From IMG/VR virus record IMGVR_UViG_3300037461_001781, positions 1 through 46,411 of that record: a stretch of 46,411 nt of DNA; one strand, 5' to 3'. The translations under genes and the position numbers were made by a program. Source of the DNA: a virus (Duplodnaviria > Caudoviricetes). Below are positions 20,698-29,778 of this stretch, piece after piece (the first letter of the stretch is position 1; each line of letters opens with the position of its first letter). The notes beneath the pieces were generated by a model that worked only from the letters and a program-made list of their open reading frames with translations, searched no databases and was not told the DNA's origin.

Positions 20698-21219
20698 TTA
20701 TTTTTCTCCAATATGGGAAGACTCGATCATACTCCCGCTCATTATCTTCTCCGAATCTTCCCCTAATGAGTTTTTTAGTTGTTTTTGAGCATTATCCCTC
20801 TTATCCACAAGAGACTGAAAGCTACTATGCAATTCTTGTATAAAAGTCGGCGGAAACTCTTTTAGACGGTCCATTAAAAGCCCTGCATAAACATACTTCT
20901 TAAAATCAAACCCGTACTCCCCTTCCCATCTTTCTATTTGATCATGGGTAGCTATCGCTTTAAAATCATTCTCAAACATAACAGAAATAGGAACGTCATT
21001 AATCTCCCTAATAGAAAGAGCTATTGTAGGTAGCCTTATAGAAAAGCCAATGGACACATTGTTAGAAGTCTTTGCAAACATAAATGTCCAATTTGTCTCT
21101 TCTTCATTTAGAAGTGTCATAAGAAATTTTCTGCCCCTAACAACAAACGTGTCAGAGATCATCTCACCGGCTAGTTCTTTTTGTAGATCTAATAGAATAG
21201 ATTTGGGGTTAGAAACCAT
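20698..21219 (-). CDS. Tail assembly chaperone (G-like), 173 aa from ATG 21219
   Basis: Between tube and tape measure; GGAGGA SD precedes MVSNPK (track start 21231 overlaps the SD); contains the slippery heptamer near its 3' end. Confidence 0.8.
   Translation of the reverse strand: MVSNPKSILLDLQKELAGEMISDTFVVRGRKFLMTLLNEEETNWTFMFAKTSNNVSIGFSIRLPTIALSIREINDVPISVMFENDFKAIATHDQIERWEGEYGFDFKKYVYAGLLMDRLKEFPPTFIQELHSSFQSLVDKRDNAQKQLKNSLGEDSEKIMSGSMIESSHIGEK
20715..20776 (-). other. Programmed -1 ribosomal frameshift signal (A AAA AAC plus 3' stem-loop)
   Basis: In-frame CTA AAA AAC at 20778-20770; 7-nt spacer; GGGAAGAUUCG (20762-20752) pairs with CGAGUCUUCCC (20725-20715); the -1 frame joins the 188-aa ORF with no stop. 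Confidence 0.85.
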
Positions 21220-21288
21220 TGAATCCTCCATTGATAATTGGGTTATGTATTTTTCTCTCCCACCTAAGCGGGGTAACCATAATCAGTA

Positions 21289-21317
21289 ATTATACATAAA
21301 AATTATAAAAATGTCAA
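21289..21317 (-). promoter_or_regulatory. Perfect consensus sigma70 promoter upstream of the tail chaperone gene
   Basis: TTGACA (21317-21312), 17-nt spacer, TATAAT (21294-21289). Confidence 0.8.
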
Positions 21318-21324
21318 CAAAAAA

Positions 21325-21774
21325 TTAAGTTATTCTATCTTTTCTCACATACATCAGAGACGCGTTCACCTTAACAATACGATCACCACTAGCTGAATGT
21401 GTTCTTCCTAACGAAGAAAACCAGCATCCGCTATATCTCCAAGTTTCAGACGAACCATCAGGATTATCCCACCGTTCTATAATCTCAAGTGGTGTAGTTT
21501 GGTCAGTTAGCATTAGTATATTAAAATTTGGACCCCAAGCTTGCTCCATTTTACTAATAAAAAGATCAAGCCTATTAACAGTAATTGTTAATCCGCCAAT
21601 ATTCCCAGGGACATTTTCTACAACTTCACCTGAAGTTGCAGAATTTAATTCGTATACCGGAGTAATGGTTCTATTTTGTTGAGGAGTCCATTCCTGAATT
21701 CTACCTATAGTAAGTCCACCTACGCGAATAGTCAAAGCGTGGTCACTTCTTGTTGCCGTTATCGGTATTGGCAT
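21325..21774 (-). CDS. Tail tube protein (gp19-like, 149 aa)
   Basis: Follows sheath; IGRIQEW...VYELNS..VVENVPG and WRYSGCWFSSLG motifs; GGAGG SD. Confidence 0.85.
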   Translation of the reverse strand: MPIPITATRSDHALTIRVGGLTIGRIQEWTPQQNRTITPVYELNSATSGEVVENVPGNIGGLTITVNRLDLFISKMEQAWGPNFNILMLTDQTTPLEIIERWDNPDGSSETWRYSGCWFSSLGRTHSASGDRIVKVNASLMYVRKDRIT

Positions 21775-21786
21775 AATACCCTCCTA

Positions 21787-24246
21787 TTATCCAATAAAAA
21801 ATGGATTATCTACACTATATTCGCCAAAAAATCTCTTAGCTGGATATTTCAAGTTAAACCAATATTTAAACGTAAATGTTCTAGGATCTGATTGATCTTG
21901 CTTTACTTGGATATCCGTTAGCAAATCTATCTTCCTTATAGACCCATCCCTGCTTCTATAAGGACCAATACTACCATTAGCAATATTCGCTTCAATAGCT
22001 AACGAAATCCAGACTTTTAGATCTGAAATAAAGTCTGCGAGATCAGTCGGTACGATACCTTTAACATTCTGATCTAAAATATTTTCAATGGTCCTTGTTA
22101 CAACATCCGTTTGGGAAGACGCTTGAGGCTCTTCATATTCAATTAATCTGCCTCCACCAGCTTCTGTGGTTATCGGATCAAGCATTTTCAAAGTACCAGC
22201 ATCCAAAGTAATCACATTAACGCCGCTAGACGCCAGAACATGTCGTTCTCCTTGCAAATAAGTTTCAAAAGTACCATCCGTTAAAAATCCTGAAACAAAC
22301 TTGCCCATCAGCGTGTCAGAAGCTCCTGGAAGAGCAGCAAATTGAGCAGCTACACCAGCCGCTAAATAGCTTCCATCTAATTCTAATATTATTTCCCTGC
22401 CATCTTCCAGAGTTACAACCCTAGAAGCCGAACCCGGGGCAATTAAATTAATTCTTCCTCTACCAGGAGAAGTATTACCAGGTTGCAAAACCCTAGTTGC
22501 CCAATATACAAAAGTATCAGGAGTGTCAGGATCACCAACTTCACTACCTCTTTGCATACCAAACCAACCTCTTCTGTACTTTTTCTCAAATAAAGAAGAC
22601 ATAGCAGAAATGTGGTCTCTTAAATGAACCGCCTGTGCTTCTCTTGTATCTATAACAACAACATCTGTAATATTTGACTTATTTTCACAAATATCTATCG
22701 CATTATTAACTTGTGTGGGCGTAGGAGACCCAGGAGATGTACTATCATTTATTAGAGTTAACCATATTGATGATACTCCATTTTCAAAAGCAACTTCTCC
22801 AGCAATAGCAAGTTTATTAACTACATAATTTTCATCTGTTATAGGACTAGTAAAGTCATAAAGATCTGATAAATCAAAAACTCTAACAGGATTTTCATAA
22901 TCACTAGAAGGTCTAGTATAATTATAAGTTACATAAAAAACTGTTCCAAAATCAGGTCTTAACCCAGTACCCCTAACAGAATAAGGCAAACTAGTTGACA
23001 CTATACCAAAAATATCAGTAACACCTGAAGTAGTACCTTGATACAATTCAATAACTGAAGAATATCCTTTTTCTTGGGGGAAATTCACCAGCATAGACGG
23101 TGCCATTAACTTTACTTTAGAACCAACAACAGTAGCAACATGCGCGAATGCGGGACCATATACAACGCTGGCTTTTAGCGCGGCATTAATGTCTGCAGCA
23201 ACATTAGCCGCCGTTGGATTCGGTAGCCCAGAGGTAAGTGTAATTGTAATTGGTGTAAGACCATTAATAGAAATGCGCAAATCAGTACCAGTAGCAGTAA
23301 ACGGTCCATCTACGCTCAAAATAGAAGCTTGACTCCAAGAAGTAGTATCCCAATCAATATTATTGGAAAGTTTCTCATAATCATAATTTTTGTTATAACT
23401 ATGTACCCCAGGATAAGACCCCGCAAAAATAATATCAGACAACGGAGTAGAGGTACCTGCTTGTTCAAGAGTATCAACTAGCAAGTCTACCGACACATAA
23501 TCAATAGTGTAAGCAGCACTTGAACTATAAGCTGAATCTTTCAAAAAAACCTGGCTGCTAGACTGCACAGCAAGAGACGCTGTAGGAGCCCAAGCCCCGT
23601 TACTAATAATAGAAGCAGCATCTGTGGAAATAGACAATAAAACCTTAATATCAGATAAAGTCGATGATACTGGAGAGTCTAACCTCAGTATTTCATTAAC
23701 CACCCCAGCGCTAGAAGAAGCAAAAGAAGAGTAATTGCTACCATAAATAGAAGACGCCACTAATGCAGCATTAATAGCATCTGCAATATCACTAGCTGTA
23801 GCATTTGCAGGGTCTCCACCAAGTGTAGTAATCTCCGCCGCTAGGTCTATTGTTATTGGAAATTTACCGTCAACAGAAACTGTAAAATATTTATTTACCG
23901 AAACATCTACGGATGCCCCTGCCAATTCTACTCCAACCAAAAAAGCTGAAACAAAATCCCAATCGCTTATACCTAGAGATTGCCCATTTCTGTATAATTT
24001 TGCGTTATTCCGGTCCCTATTCGAAATATTCAGCAAGGTAGCTTTATACGGAGACGATGTAGAAAAGGAAACACTTTCACCATAAACTTTTCCACGAACT
24101 ATAGCCTCATCTGTGGATCTTCTAGTTCTTGGAGCAATAGCAACAAGGCATAAAGCCTTATCCGTTGTAACTGTTACAGAACCTGGTTGAGTTCTTCTGT
24201 TAATATAGACTCCCGGATCAACATATCTAGTTATTCCAAAAGGCAT
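21787..24246 (-). CDS. Contractile tail sheath protein with inserted surface domains (819 aa)
   Basis: N-terminal YVDPGVYI; C-terminal IQVKQDQSDPRTFTFKYWFNLKYPAKRF; precedes tube. Confidence 0.9.
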   Translation of the reverse strand: MPFGITRYVDPGVYINRRTQPGSVTVTTDKALCLVAIAPRTRRSTDEAIVRGKVYGESVSFSTSSPYKATLLNISNRDRNNAKLYRNGQSLGISDWDFVSAFLVGVELAGASVDVSVNKYFTVSVDGKFPITIDLAAEITTLGGDPANATASDIADAINAALVASSIYGSNYSSFASSSAGVVNEILRLDSPVSSTLSDIKVLLSISTDAASIISNGAWAPTASLAVQSSSQVFLKDSAYSSSAAYTIDYVSVDLLVDTLEQAGTSTPLSDIIFAGSYPGVHSYNKNYDYEKLSNNIDWDTTSWSQASILSVDGPFTATGTDLRISINGLTPITITLTSGLPNPTAANVAADINAALKASVVYGPAFAHVATVVGSKVKLMAPSMLVNFPQEKGYSSVIELYQGTTSGVTDIFGIVSTSLPYSVRGTGLRPDFGTVFYVTYNYTRPSSDYENPVRVFDLSDLYDFTSPITDENYVVNKLAIAGEVAFENGVSSIWLTLINDSTSPGSPTPTQVNNAIDICENKSNITDVVVIDTREAQAVHLRDHISAMSSLFEKKYRRGWFGMQRGSEVGDPDTPDTFVYWATRVLQPGNTSPGRGRINLIAPGSASRVVTLEDGREIILELDGSYLAAGVAAQFAALPGASDTLMGKFVSGFLTDGTFETYLQGERHVLASSGVNVITLDAGTLKMLDPITTEAGGGRLIEYEEPQASSQTDVVTRTIENILDQNVKGIVPTDLADFISDLKVWISLAIEANIANGSIGPYRSRDGSIRKIDLLTDIQVKQDQSDPRTFTFKYWFNLKYPAKRFFGEYSVDNPFFIG

Positions 24247-24432
24247 TCGTTACTCCTTTTATTCATTTTGCAAGCACATGCAAATAGATTAAAGTTTTAT
24301 ATACTACAGAATATTATAAAGTAAAACATATAGGAAATTTAAAACTAAAAAAGGTTTTCTCAAAAAAACAACAAAAAGAGAACCAAACGTAAAAAATATT
24401 AATTAATACTTATATTTCTAATATAAACACTA

Positions 24433-25602
24433 CTACTTTTTATAAAGATACTTATAGTTATCTTGGTTGTAATCACCATTAGGAAAAGACCCATCATAAC
24501 TAATTCTATCTCTAAGCAACAAATCGCCGTATTTTATATCTTTATCAATAAAATCCTCTATAAAGATAGGAACACTTCCACGAATAGCATAAATATACTC
24601 ATACTGCTCGCCGCCAGGTCTTGGTCTATTAAACTCAGTAGACCAACTAAATTTGTTATCTAATATTATATGAAACCACTCTGGAGGATCCGTCTCCCTT
24701 TCAAAATAACTTCTACCAAAAAATTCAAATTTTCTTTTCTCCATATAAAAAGTAAAAAAATTATAAACTAAATCAGATACTTCTGTTCTGGTATTAAGAT
24801 CATCAGAAACAACATCTATACTAATTACCGCATCACCTGCTATATCATATCTATTTTTTGGCAAGTTAGTAGTACTTAAATAATCATCCGAATCCCCTAT
24901 AGAAAACCCTAAAATATTCAATAATTCTGGAGTTCCATCAACAATTTCAACATAATTTGGAGTTGAATTCGCACAAGGTCCTCCAGTAGAAATCCTCAAT
25001 TTTCCAGAATTGGTAGCTGATAATGTATAGTACAAAGCTTGCGATTTATTTATTTTATCAGAGATTTCTAAAGCCGTTACACTAGAAAGATTAGAAAACA
25101 TAGCAGGTACAAAAGAAAGAATGGACAAAGGCTCTTCTTCGTCCGTACCTAAAGGTCTAGTTTTTATTGTTAAAAACCATAAACTATCCACACTACTAGA
25201 CAAATTAAATGGTCCAGAGTTCCTACCAACAACAGAAGGCGCATACTGAAAAGACCCTACAAAATTAGAGCCTAAACTCATTTTCCGCTCTTTTATAGAT
25301 TGAGAAGTTATTGATATCATCGGAAACTTATCTTTAGTATCACCAAAAGCCATAATAAAATTAACAACAGTTTCCAATGAATTCTGAGAATTAGAAGCCC
25401 CTAAAGCAAATTTTTTAATGTTAGGAAATACTTTTATCTTTTCAATACCGTCATACGTTTTATAGTTAAAAAAGTCAGTAATTTCTTTAGCAAAAACATC
25501 TTTAGCAGTTTCCGATAATTGAGAAAATCTCGGGACGTCAGTAGGATCAAATGGATCAGTTGGTGCAAACTTCCTATCATCCAAATTTTCAAATATAGCC
25601 AT
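24433..25602 (-). CDS. Tail terminator / completion protein with inserted domain (389 aa from ATG 25602)
   Basis: KFPMISIT and ISIDVVSDDLNTRTEVSDLV motifs typical of tail terminators; located between neck and sheath. Confidence 0.65.
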   Translation of the reverse strand: MAIFENLDDRKFAPTDPFDPTDVPRFSQLSETAKDVFAKEITDFFNYKTYDGIEKIKVFPNIKKFALGASNSQNSLETVVNFIMAFGDTKDKFPMISITSQSIKERKMSLGSNFVGSFQYAPSVVGRNSGPFNLSSSVDSLWFLTIKTRPLGTDEEEPLSILSFVPAMFSNLSSVTALEISDKINKSQALYYTLSATNSGKLRISTGGPCANSTPNYVEIVDGTPELLNILGFSIGDSDDYLSTTNLPKNRYDIAGDAVISIDVVSDDLNTRTEVSDLVYNFFTFYMEKRKFEFFGRSYFERETDPPEWFHIILDNKFSWSTEFNRPRPGGEQYEYIYAIRGSVPIFIEDFIDKDIKYGDLLLRDRISYDGSFPNGDYNQDNYKYLYKK

Positions 25603-25603
25603 C

Positions 25604-26635
25604 TTACCAAACCAATGAGAAAGGATCACTAGGATCTACTCTTCTCATACTAAATGTCTGCGTCATTATAACCTGACCTAATGGGTCACTATTTTGCCAA
25701 CTAGTGCACAAATACCTAGTTCCAGATAAAGCCCCATCTATTAACTCAAAAATAATATTTGGACCCTCCAAAAGCTCTTCCTTACTACCAGCTACAATAT
25801 TTGGATCGAAATAACTCAAACCTGAAGTCCAAAAGCTCATACCATCAATAGATGGATAATCACCATATTCAGATTTTAAATAATTTTTAAATGGTTTACT
25901 ATTCAAAATTAAAATCCAAGGACCAAACAAATATGAACCATTATTTGATTCGACTCTCAATGGAACCTTAGAATATCTTGCCCTAACAATTTCAAAATAC
26001 GGTGATAAAATATCTTCGTTATCCCTTAATAACGTAGCCCTAAATCTAATAGTTCCAGAAACAGGATTTAAAACACTTAGTTCGGAAATATCAAACCAAT
26101 TACTTCCAGAATCTAACGAAAATTCTAACACTACAGAAGAATTGTCTTCATACATCAAATATGAAGCTACATCATATTCCCAGAAAGAACCAAAAACTAC
26201 CCTACTAAAAATCTTATCGCCACTTTCAATATATCCTTCTAGAGCCCCTTCAGCTAATGCCACCTTAGAGGATTTAAAATCGTTAACAACCTCAGCATTA
26301 ACTAATGTAACATCGGAATCTACCGGAGACATCCAAAAAGTTTCATATCCAAACTTTAAATAACCAGGAACATAGCCATTTATAACTCCATGACATGTTT
26401 TACATTTTCTATCCGCTTGCGTATTACTTTTTTTATAACAATTGCAAATATTACCACTGTTAACGCCAATCCATAGATTAGTCCTTATCCCGGTGGACAA
26501 TTGATCCTGTAAAAGCGCTCTTTCCTTATTGATAATTTGCTCAGATCTTAACCTTCTAAAAACAGACCTCCCCCAATAGCCAACAGCAGACCTCCCAAGT
26601 CCCTTACATCCATTTTTGTCATCAATACACGTCAC
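25604..26635 (-). CDS. Head-closure/stopper neck protein with Cys4 Zn-like motif (343 aa)
   Basis: CNC...CKTCHG...GY motif as in myovirus neck proteins; position between adaptor and terminator. Confidence 0.6.
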   Translation of the reverse strand: MTCIDDKNGCKGLGRSAVGYWGRSVFRRLRSEQIINKERALLQDQLSTGIRTNLWIGVNSGNICNCYKKSNTQADRKCKTCHGVINGYVPGYLKFGYETFWMSPVDSDVTLVNAEVVNDFKSSKVALAEGALEGYIESGDKIFSRVVFGSFWEYDVASYLMYEDNSSVVLEFSLDSGSNWFDISELSVLNPVSGTIRFRATLLRDNEDILSPYFEIVRARYSKVPLRVESNNGSYLFGPWILILNSKPFKNYLKSEYGDYPSIDGMSFWTSGLSYFDPNIVAGSKEELLEGPNIIFELIDGALSGTRYLCTSWQNSDPLGQVIMTQTFSMRRVDPSDPFSLVW

Positions 26636-26925
26636 TATTCTTTATTCCTGCTATCAAGGTATTCAATATATTTTTCCTGCATCCTCTGTTTTTTCTTAGA
26701 AAGTTTCTTTTGTTTTTTCTTTTTCCCTTTATTTTTATTTTCTAAATCTCCAGTATGTTCATACCACTCAAAAAATTTTCCAAGAATCTTATTGACAGAC
26801 GCTTCATCAGAAGCACTTCTTAATTCATTTATAAATTTATTAAACTCTTGATTCTCCAACATTTTCCAAAAAATATAGTTATCTAAGTTAGCAATATCTG
26901 TCAAATCTATTTCTATTCTCTTCAT
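26635..26925 (-). CDS. Hypothetical protein, Lys-rich C-terminus (96 aa)
   Basis: ORF tightly coupled in the operon. Confidence 0.55.
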   Translation of the reverse strand: MKRIEIDLTDIANLDNYIFWKMLENQEFNKFINELRSASDEASVNKILGKFFEWYEHTGDLENKNKGKKKKQKKLSKKKQRMQEKYIEYLDSRNKE

Positions 26926-26929
26926 TTAC

Positions 26930-27829
26930 TTAAATATTTGAAAAAATGTTTTTAACAAGAGACCCTGGAGGAGTACTAGCTATTGTAAGGTAAAACCCCC
27001 AACCTAATCTGAATTCTGCACCGAGTGAACCAGATGTAACATAATGCATTTTAAATGCCCTAATGTCTCTATCCAATTCATTCGAAAGTGAATCCCTCAA
27101 TGCTTTTATCTGTGGACCATGAGTGATAACAAAAGAATGCCCTTGATCAGCATAAGCTGGAATATCTGTATCAACAGCAAAAAGATATTGAGAATCTAAA
27201 GCCGAAATTAATGAACTCCTCAATAAAATATCTAAACCTCTATCCAAAGGAAATGCATCTAAACTTGACCAACTTGTATAAGGCTGTGCTGCATTAATTC
27301 TAGATAGCCCTATTTTCAGATAAACAATAAGCTGTGGATCACTATACCCCAAGGTACACCAATCTTCAGGAATCAAAACTTTCAAACTTTTATCTAACAT
27401 CAATCGAAAATAAGGCAATAATGATAAAGTTTTAGGTGAAACTACTTCAACTAATTGCGTCCTATAATAATCTTCCGAATTCTCAGTTTGCCTAATATGC
27501 CAGTTAAATAGTAGCCCCTCTTGAAAAGTCGTTTCGTTGTCTCCATCTCCCCATTTTATTTGATATTTTCCAGCACTTGGATGTACAACTCTATTATTTT
27601 GAGACTTTGGAAAGTATGATTCTGAATATAATACTGAACCCCCTACAGTAGTAACTTCAAGATCTAGTTCACCTCTAGGTTCACCGGTAGGTTTAATAGA
27701 TTCATCAATATCTACAGGATTACCACAATTATCTGAAAAAGTTACATCAACAAACTTCTTCCCTGTAGTACGGATTAACTCTACCATATCTAACGTAGAT
27801 GGAGAATTTAACCCTGGTTGAATAATCAT
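26930..27829 (-). CDS. Head-tail adaptor (neck) protein with N-terminal Ig-like domain (299 aa)
   Basis: LRxMLD-like FRLMLDK, YSDPQLIVYLKIGLSRINAAQP, YADQGHSF motifs of adaptor proteins; beta-rich N-terminus. Confidence 0.65.
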   Translation of the reverse strand: MIIQPGLNSPSTLDMVELIRTTGKKFVDVTFSDNCGNPVDIDESIKPTGEPRGELDLEVTTVGGSVLYSESYFPKSQNNRVVHPSAGKYQIKWGDGDNETTFQEGLLFNWHIRQTENSEDYYRTQLVEVVSPKTLSLLPYFRLMLDKSLKVLIPEDWCTLGYSDPQLIVYLKIGLSRINAAQPYTSWSSLDAFPLDRGLDILLRSSLISALDSQYLFAVDTDIPAYADQGHSFVITHGPQIKALRDSLSNELDRDIRAFKMHYVTSGSLGAEFRLGWGFYLTIASTPPGSLVKNIFSNI

Positions 27830-27834
27830 TTTTA

Positions 27835-28215
27835 TTAATCTCCAATAATCATTATTTGTACATTAGCCGTTGAAGAAATTGCCTCAATAACCAACGAAGA
27901 GGAATCCGCCTTATACAAAAGAATAAACCCGTTTTCTGCTAATGAAAACGAATCCGCGTGACCATCAAACGTAACAGAAATTGGCTGATCACTGCCGATA
28001 TACAAAATATTAGCGCCAGAAATAGAACCAAAAGGAACTGTAAAAGGTGCCCCAACAGCGATTTTATATGTATTTGTAGATTGTTCGTTAAATGTCAACG
28101 TTGGTCCACTAGAAGAAGAAGGGTTTATAGCTGGTGCTCCAAAGGTTAACGAAGCATTTGGTCCGCCCACGGAAACAGGGAATGTAATGGTTCCAGAAAT
28201 TGTTGCAGTTGCCAT
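27835..28215 (-). CDS. Small all-beta virion protein (126 aa), possible decoration
   Basis: Thr/Ser/Gly-rich beta composition; GGAG SD; head-neck region. Confidence 0.55.
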   Translation of the reverse strand: MATATISGTITFPVSVGGPNASLTFGAPAINPSSSSGPTLTFNEQSTNTYKIAVGAPFTVPFGSISGANILYIGSDQPISVTFDGHADSFSLAENGFILLYKADSSSLVIEAISSTANVQIMIIGD

Positions 28216-28656
28216 TTATTTGTCTCCTTCCATTTTTTTAAGACGTGAATAATAATCACTTAATTCAGTTAAATGGTCTAATGCTATCTTTTTAGCAATA
28301 TTTGCATCATCTGTATGTTCCATTTCTACTTTTACCCCCTGCTTCAACTCATCTGGATCTACATCATCTTCTGAAATTCCAGCTTCATATGATTTCCCTG
28401 CAAATAAAATGTGAACAAAGTTATACGCCAAAAAATACATCAATTCTTCCACTTCAGAAACATCAAAACCTTCTGACTCAGCCCAATTATGTAATTCAGT
28501 ATCAGATAAAACTTCCTTATCTCGAATAAATTCTATTGTTTTATTAAATATTTCTTGTTTTTTGTCTTCAGAAGAACTATCCTGTTCTTTTTCCTCTTGT
28601 TCTACTACCTTATCCGCTATTTTATCAAATTTAACAAATAAACCATGTATACTCAT
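28216..28656 (-). CDS. DUF5661-like protein (146 aa)
   Basis: ELKQGVKVEMEHTDD...AKKIALDHLTELSDYYSRL matches the GxxVExEH...DHLxExxDYYxxL motif. Confidence 0.75.
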   Translation of the reverse strand: MSIHGLFVKFDKIADKVVEQEEKEQDSSSEDKKQEIFNKTIEFIRDKEVLSDTELHNWAESEGFDVSEVEELMYFLAYNFVHILFAGKSYEAGISEDDVDPDELKQGVKVEMEHTDDANIAKKIALDHLTELSDYYSRLKKMEGDK

Positions 28657-29093
28657 TTTTTATACCCATTATTTAAACCAAAAGCTAACCCTACAGATAA
28701 TAATCCACCAGAAACAATACCCATAACAAAAACAAATGAAGGCGTTTTATACCATTTTATTTTCTCAGAGAGCTTCTCTATCTCAGCATACCTTAACTTC
28801 TCAGAATCTTTAAAAGCGCTTTCCCATTTACCTGCTATTTTTTCTGCTAACTCCAAACTTAGCTTATATTTTTCCAAATTCATTTCTTGCAATCTTATTT
28901 TTGCCTCTAATTGTGGGATTAACTCTGCCTTAATCTTTCTAAGCTCCGCTAAATCTTGTAAAATTTTAGTCCCAGTTTCTTCATCAAAGAAAAATCCAAC
29001 TTTTCCTTTGTATGTAATAATTTCTTTATTCTCATAAGAAAAACAATTAAAGGAAATTAAAAAAATACACAAAAAACATACACACATTCTCAT
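28653..29093 (-). CDS. Signal peptide + coiled coil + C-terminal TM protein (spanin-like candidate), 146 aa from ATG 29093
   Basis: Hydrophobic Cys-rich N-terminus, heptad-like middle, C-terminal FVFVMGIVSGGLLSVGLAFGL. Confidence 0.5.
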   Translation of the reverse strand: MRMCVCFLCIFLISFNCFSYENKEIITYKGKVGFFFDEETGTKILQDLAELRKIKAELIPQLEAKIRLQEMNLEKYKLSLELAEKIAGKWESAFKDSEKLRYAEIEKLSEKIKWYKTPSFVFVMGIVSGGLLSVGLAFGLNNGYKK

Positions 29094-29094
29094 A

Positions 29095-29454
29095 CTAATA
29101 CCCCAGTTCATCAAACTTATCTAACTTTTTAGATAATTCTAACTCAGAAATTTTTTCTCTACTTTCTTGTATATCCTCATATACACTATTTATTTTTTCA
29201 TTTATCTTTTCAATTTCTGCGCTATTTTGGTCAAGATCTAACAGTAGCAACGCTTTTTCAGTTTCTAAATTTGCAACCTCTAGTTCTCTCTTTTTTATAT
29301 TAAATTTATAAGAAGATATCAGCTTATCTAAATAAGAATTTTTTAAAAAATATGTCAATGCAAAAAATATTAATACAGATATACCAAAGATAATATACTT
29401 AGAATACTTTTTAAAAAATAAAAAGAACTTATCTACATAATATTTAATCTTCAC
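29095..29454 (-). CDS. N-terminal TM + coiled-coil protein (i-spanin-like), 119 aa from GTG 29454
   Basis: YIIFGISVLIFFALTYFL TM followed by coiled coil; AAGGAAGG SD before the GTG. Confidence 0.5.
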   Translation of the reverse strand: MKIKYYVDKFFLFFKKYSKYIIFGISVLIFFALTYFLKNSYLDKLISSYKFNIKKRELEVANLETEKALLLLDLDQNSAEIEKINEKINSVYEDIQESREKISELELSKKLDKFDELGY

Positions 29455-29764
29455 TTGACAAACCTTCCTTATCAACAATTGCAGAAGTCTTTGCAAAGGT
29501 AACTGTAACTGCCTTATATAACACGTTGCTTAATGCCCCCAAACCGCCACCAATCAATATACTGTCCTTCCAAGATTCCAAAGGAAGCAAAAACCCTCCA
29601 CAAATACCCAATATTAAAGGAATTACCGGCAATAATCGTACACCGATGTGATGATTCCTAAAAAATTTTACATAAATTTTCAACTTCTGTACAATATAAG
29701 AAATAATAACTGGTAGTCCTATATACGGGCCATATTGTTGAAGTATCCCCAAAAATTCTTCCAT
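29444..29764 (-). CDS. Holin-like membrane protein (106 aa from ATG 29764)
   Basis: Three hydrophobic segments incl. RLLPVIPLILGICGGFLL and ILIGGGLGALSNVLY; charged tail; GGAGGT SD. Confidence 0.6.
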   Translation of the reverse strand: MEEFLGILQQYGPYIGLPVIISYIVQKLKIYVKFFRNHHIGVRLLPVIPLILGICGGFLLPLESWKDSILIGGGLGALSNVLYKAVTVTFAKTSAIVDKEGLSSED

Positions 29765-29778
29765 AACTATACCTCCAT

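Noticed and set aside
3196-24246. Extracellular contractile injection system or tailocin
   Set aside because: Portal, protease, capsid and neck genes are contiguous with the tail genes, so this is a phage virion module.
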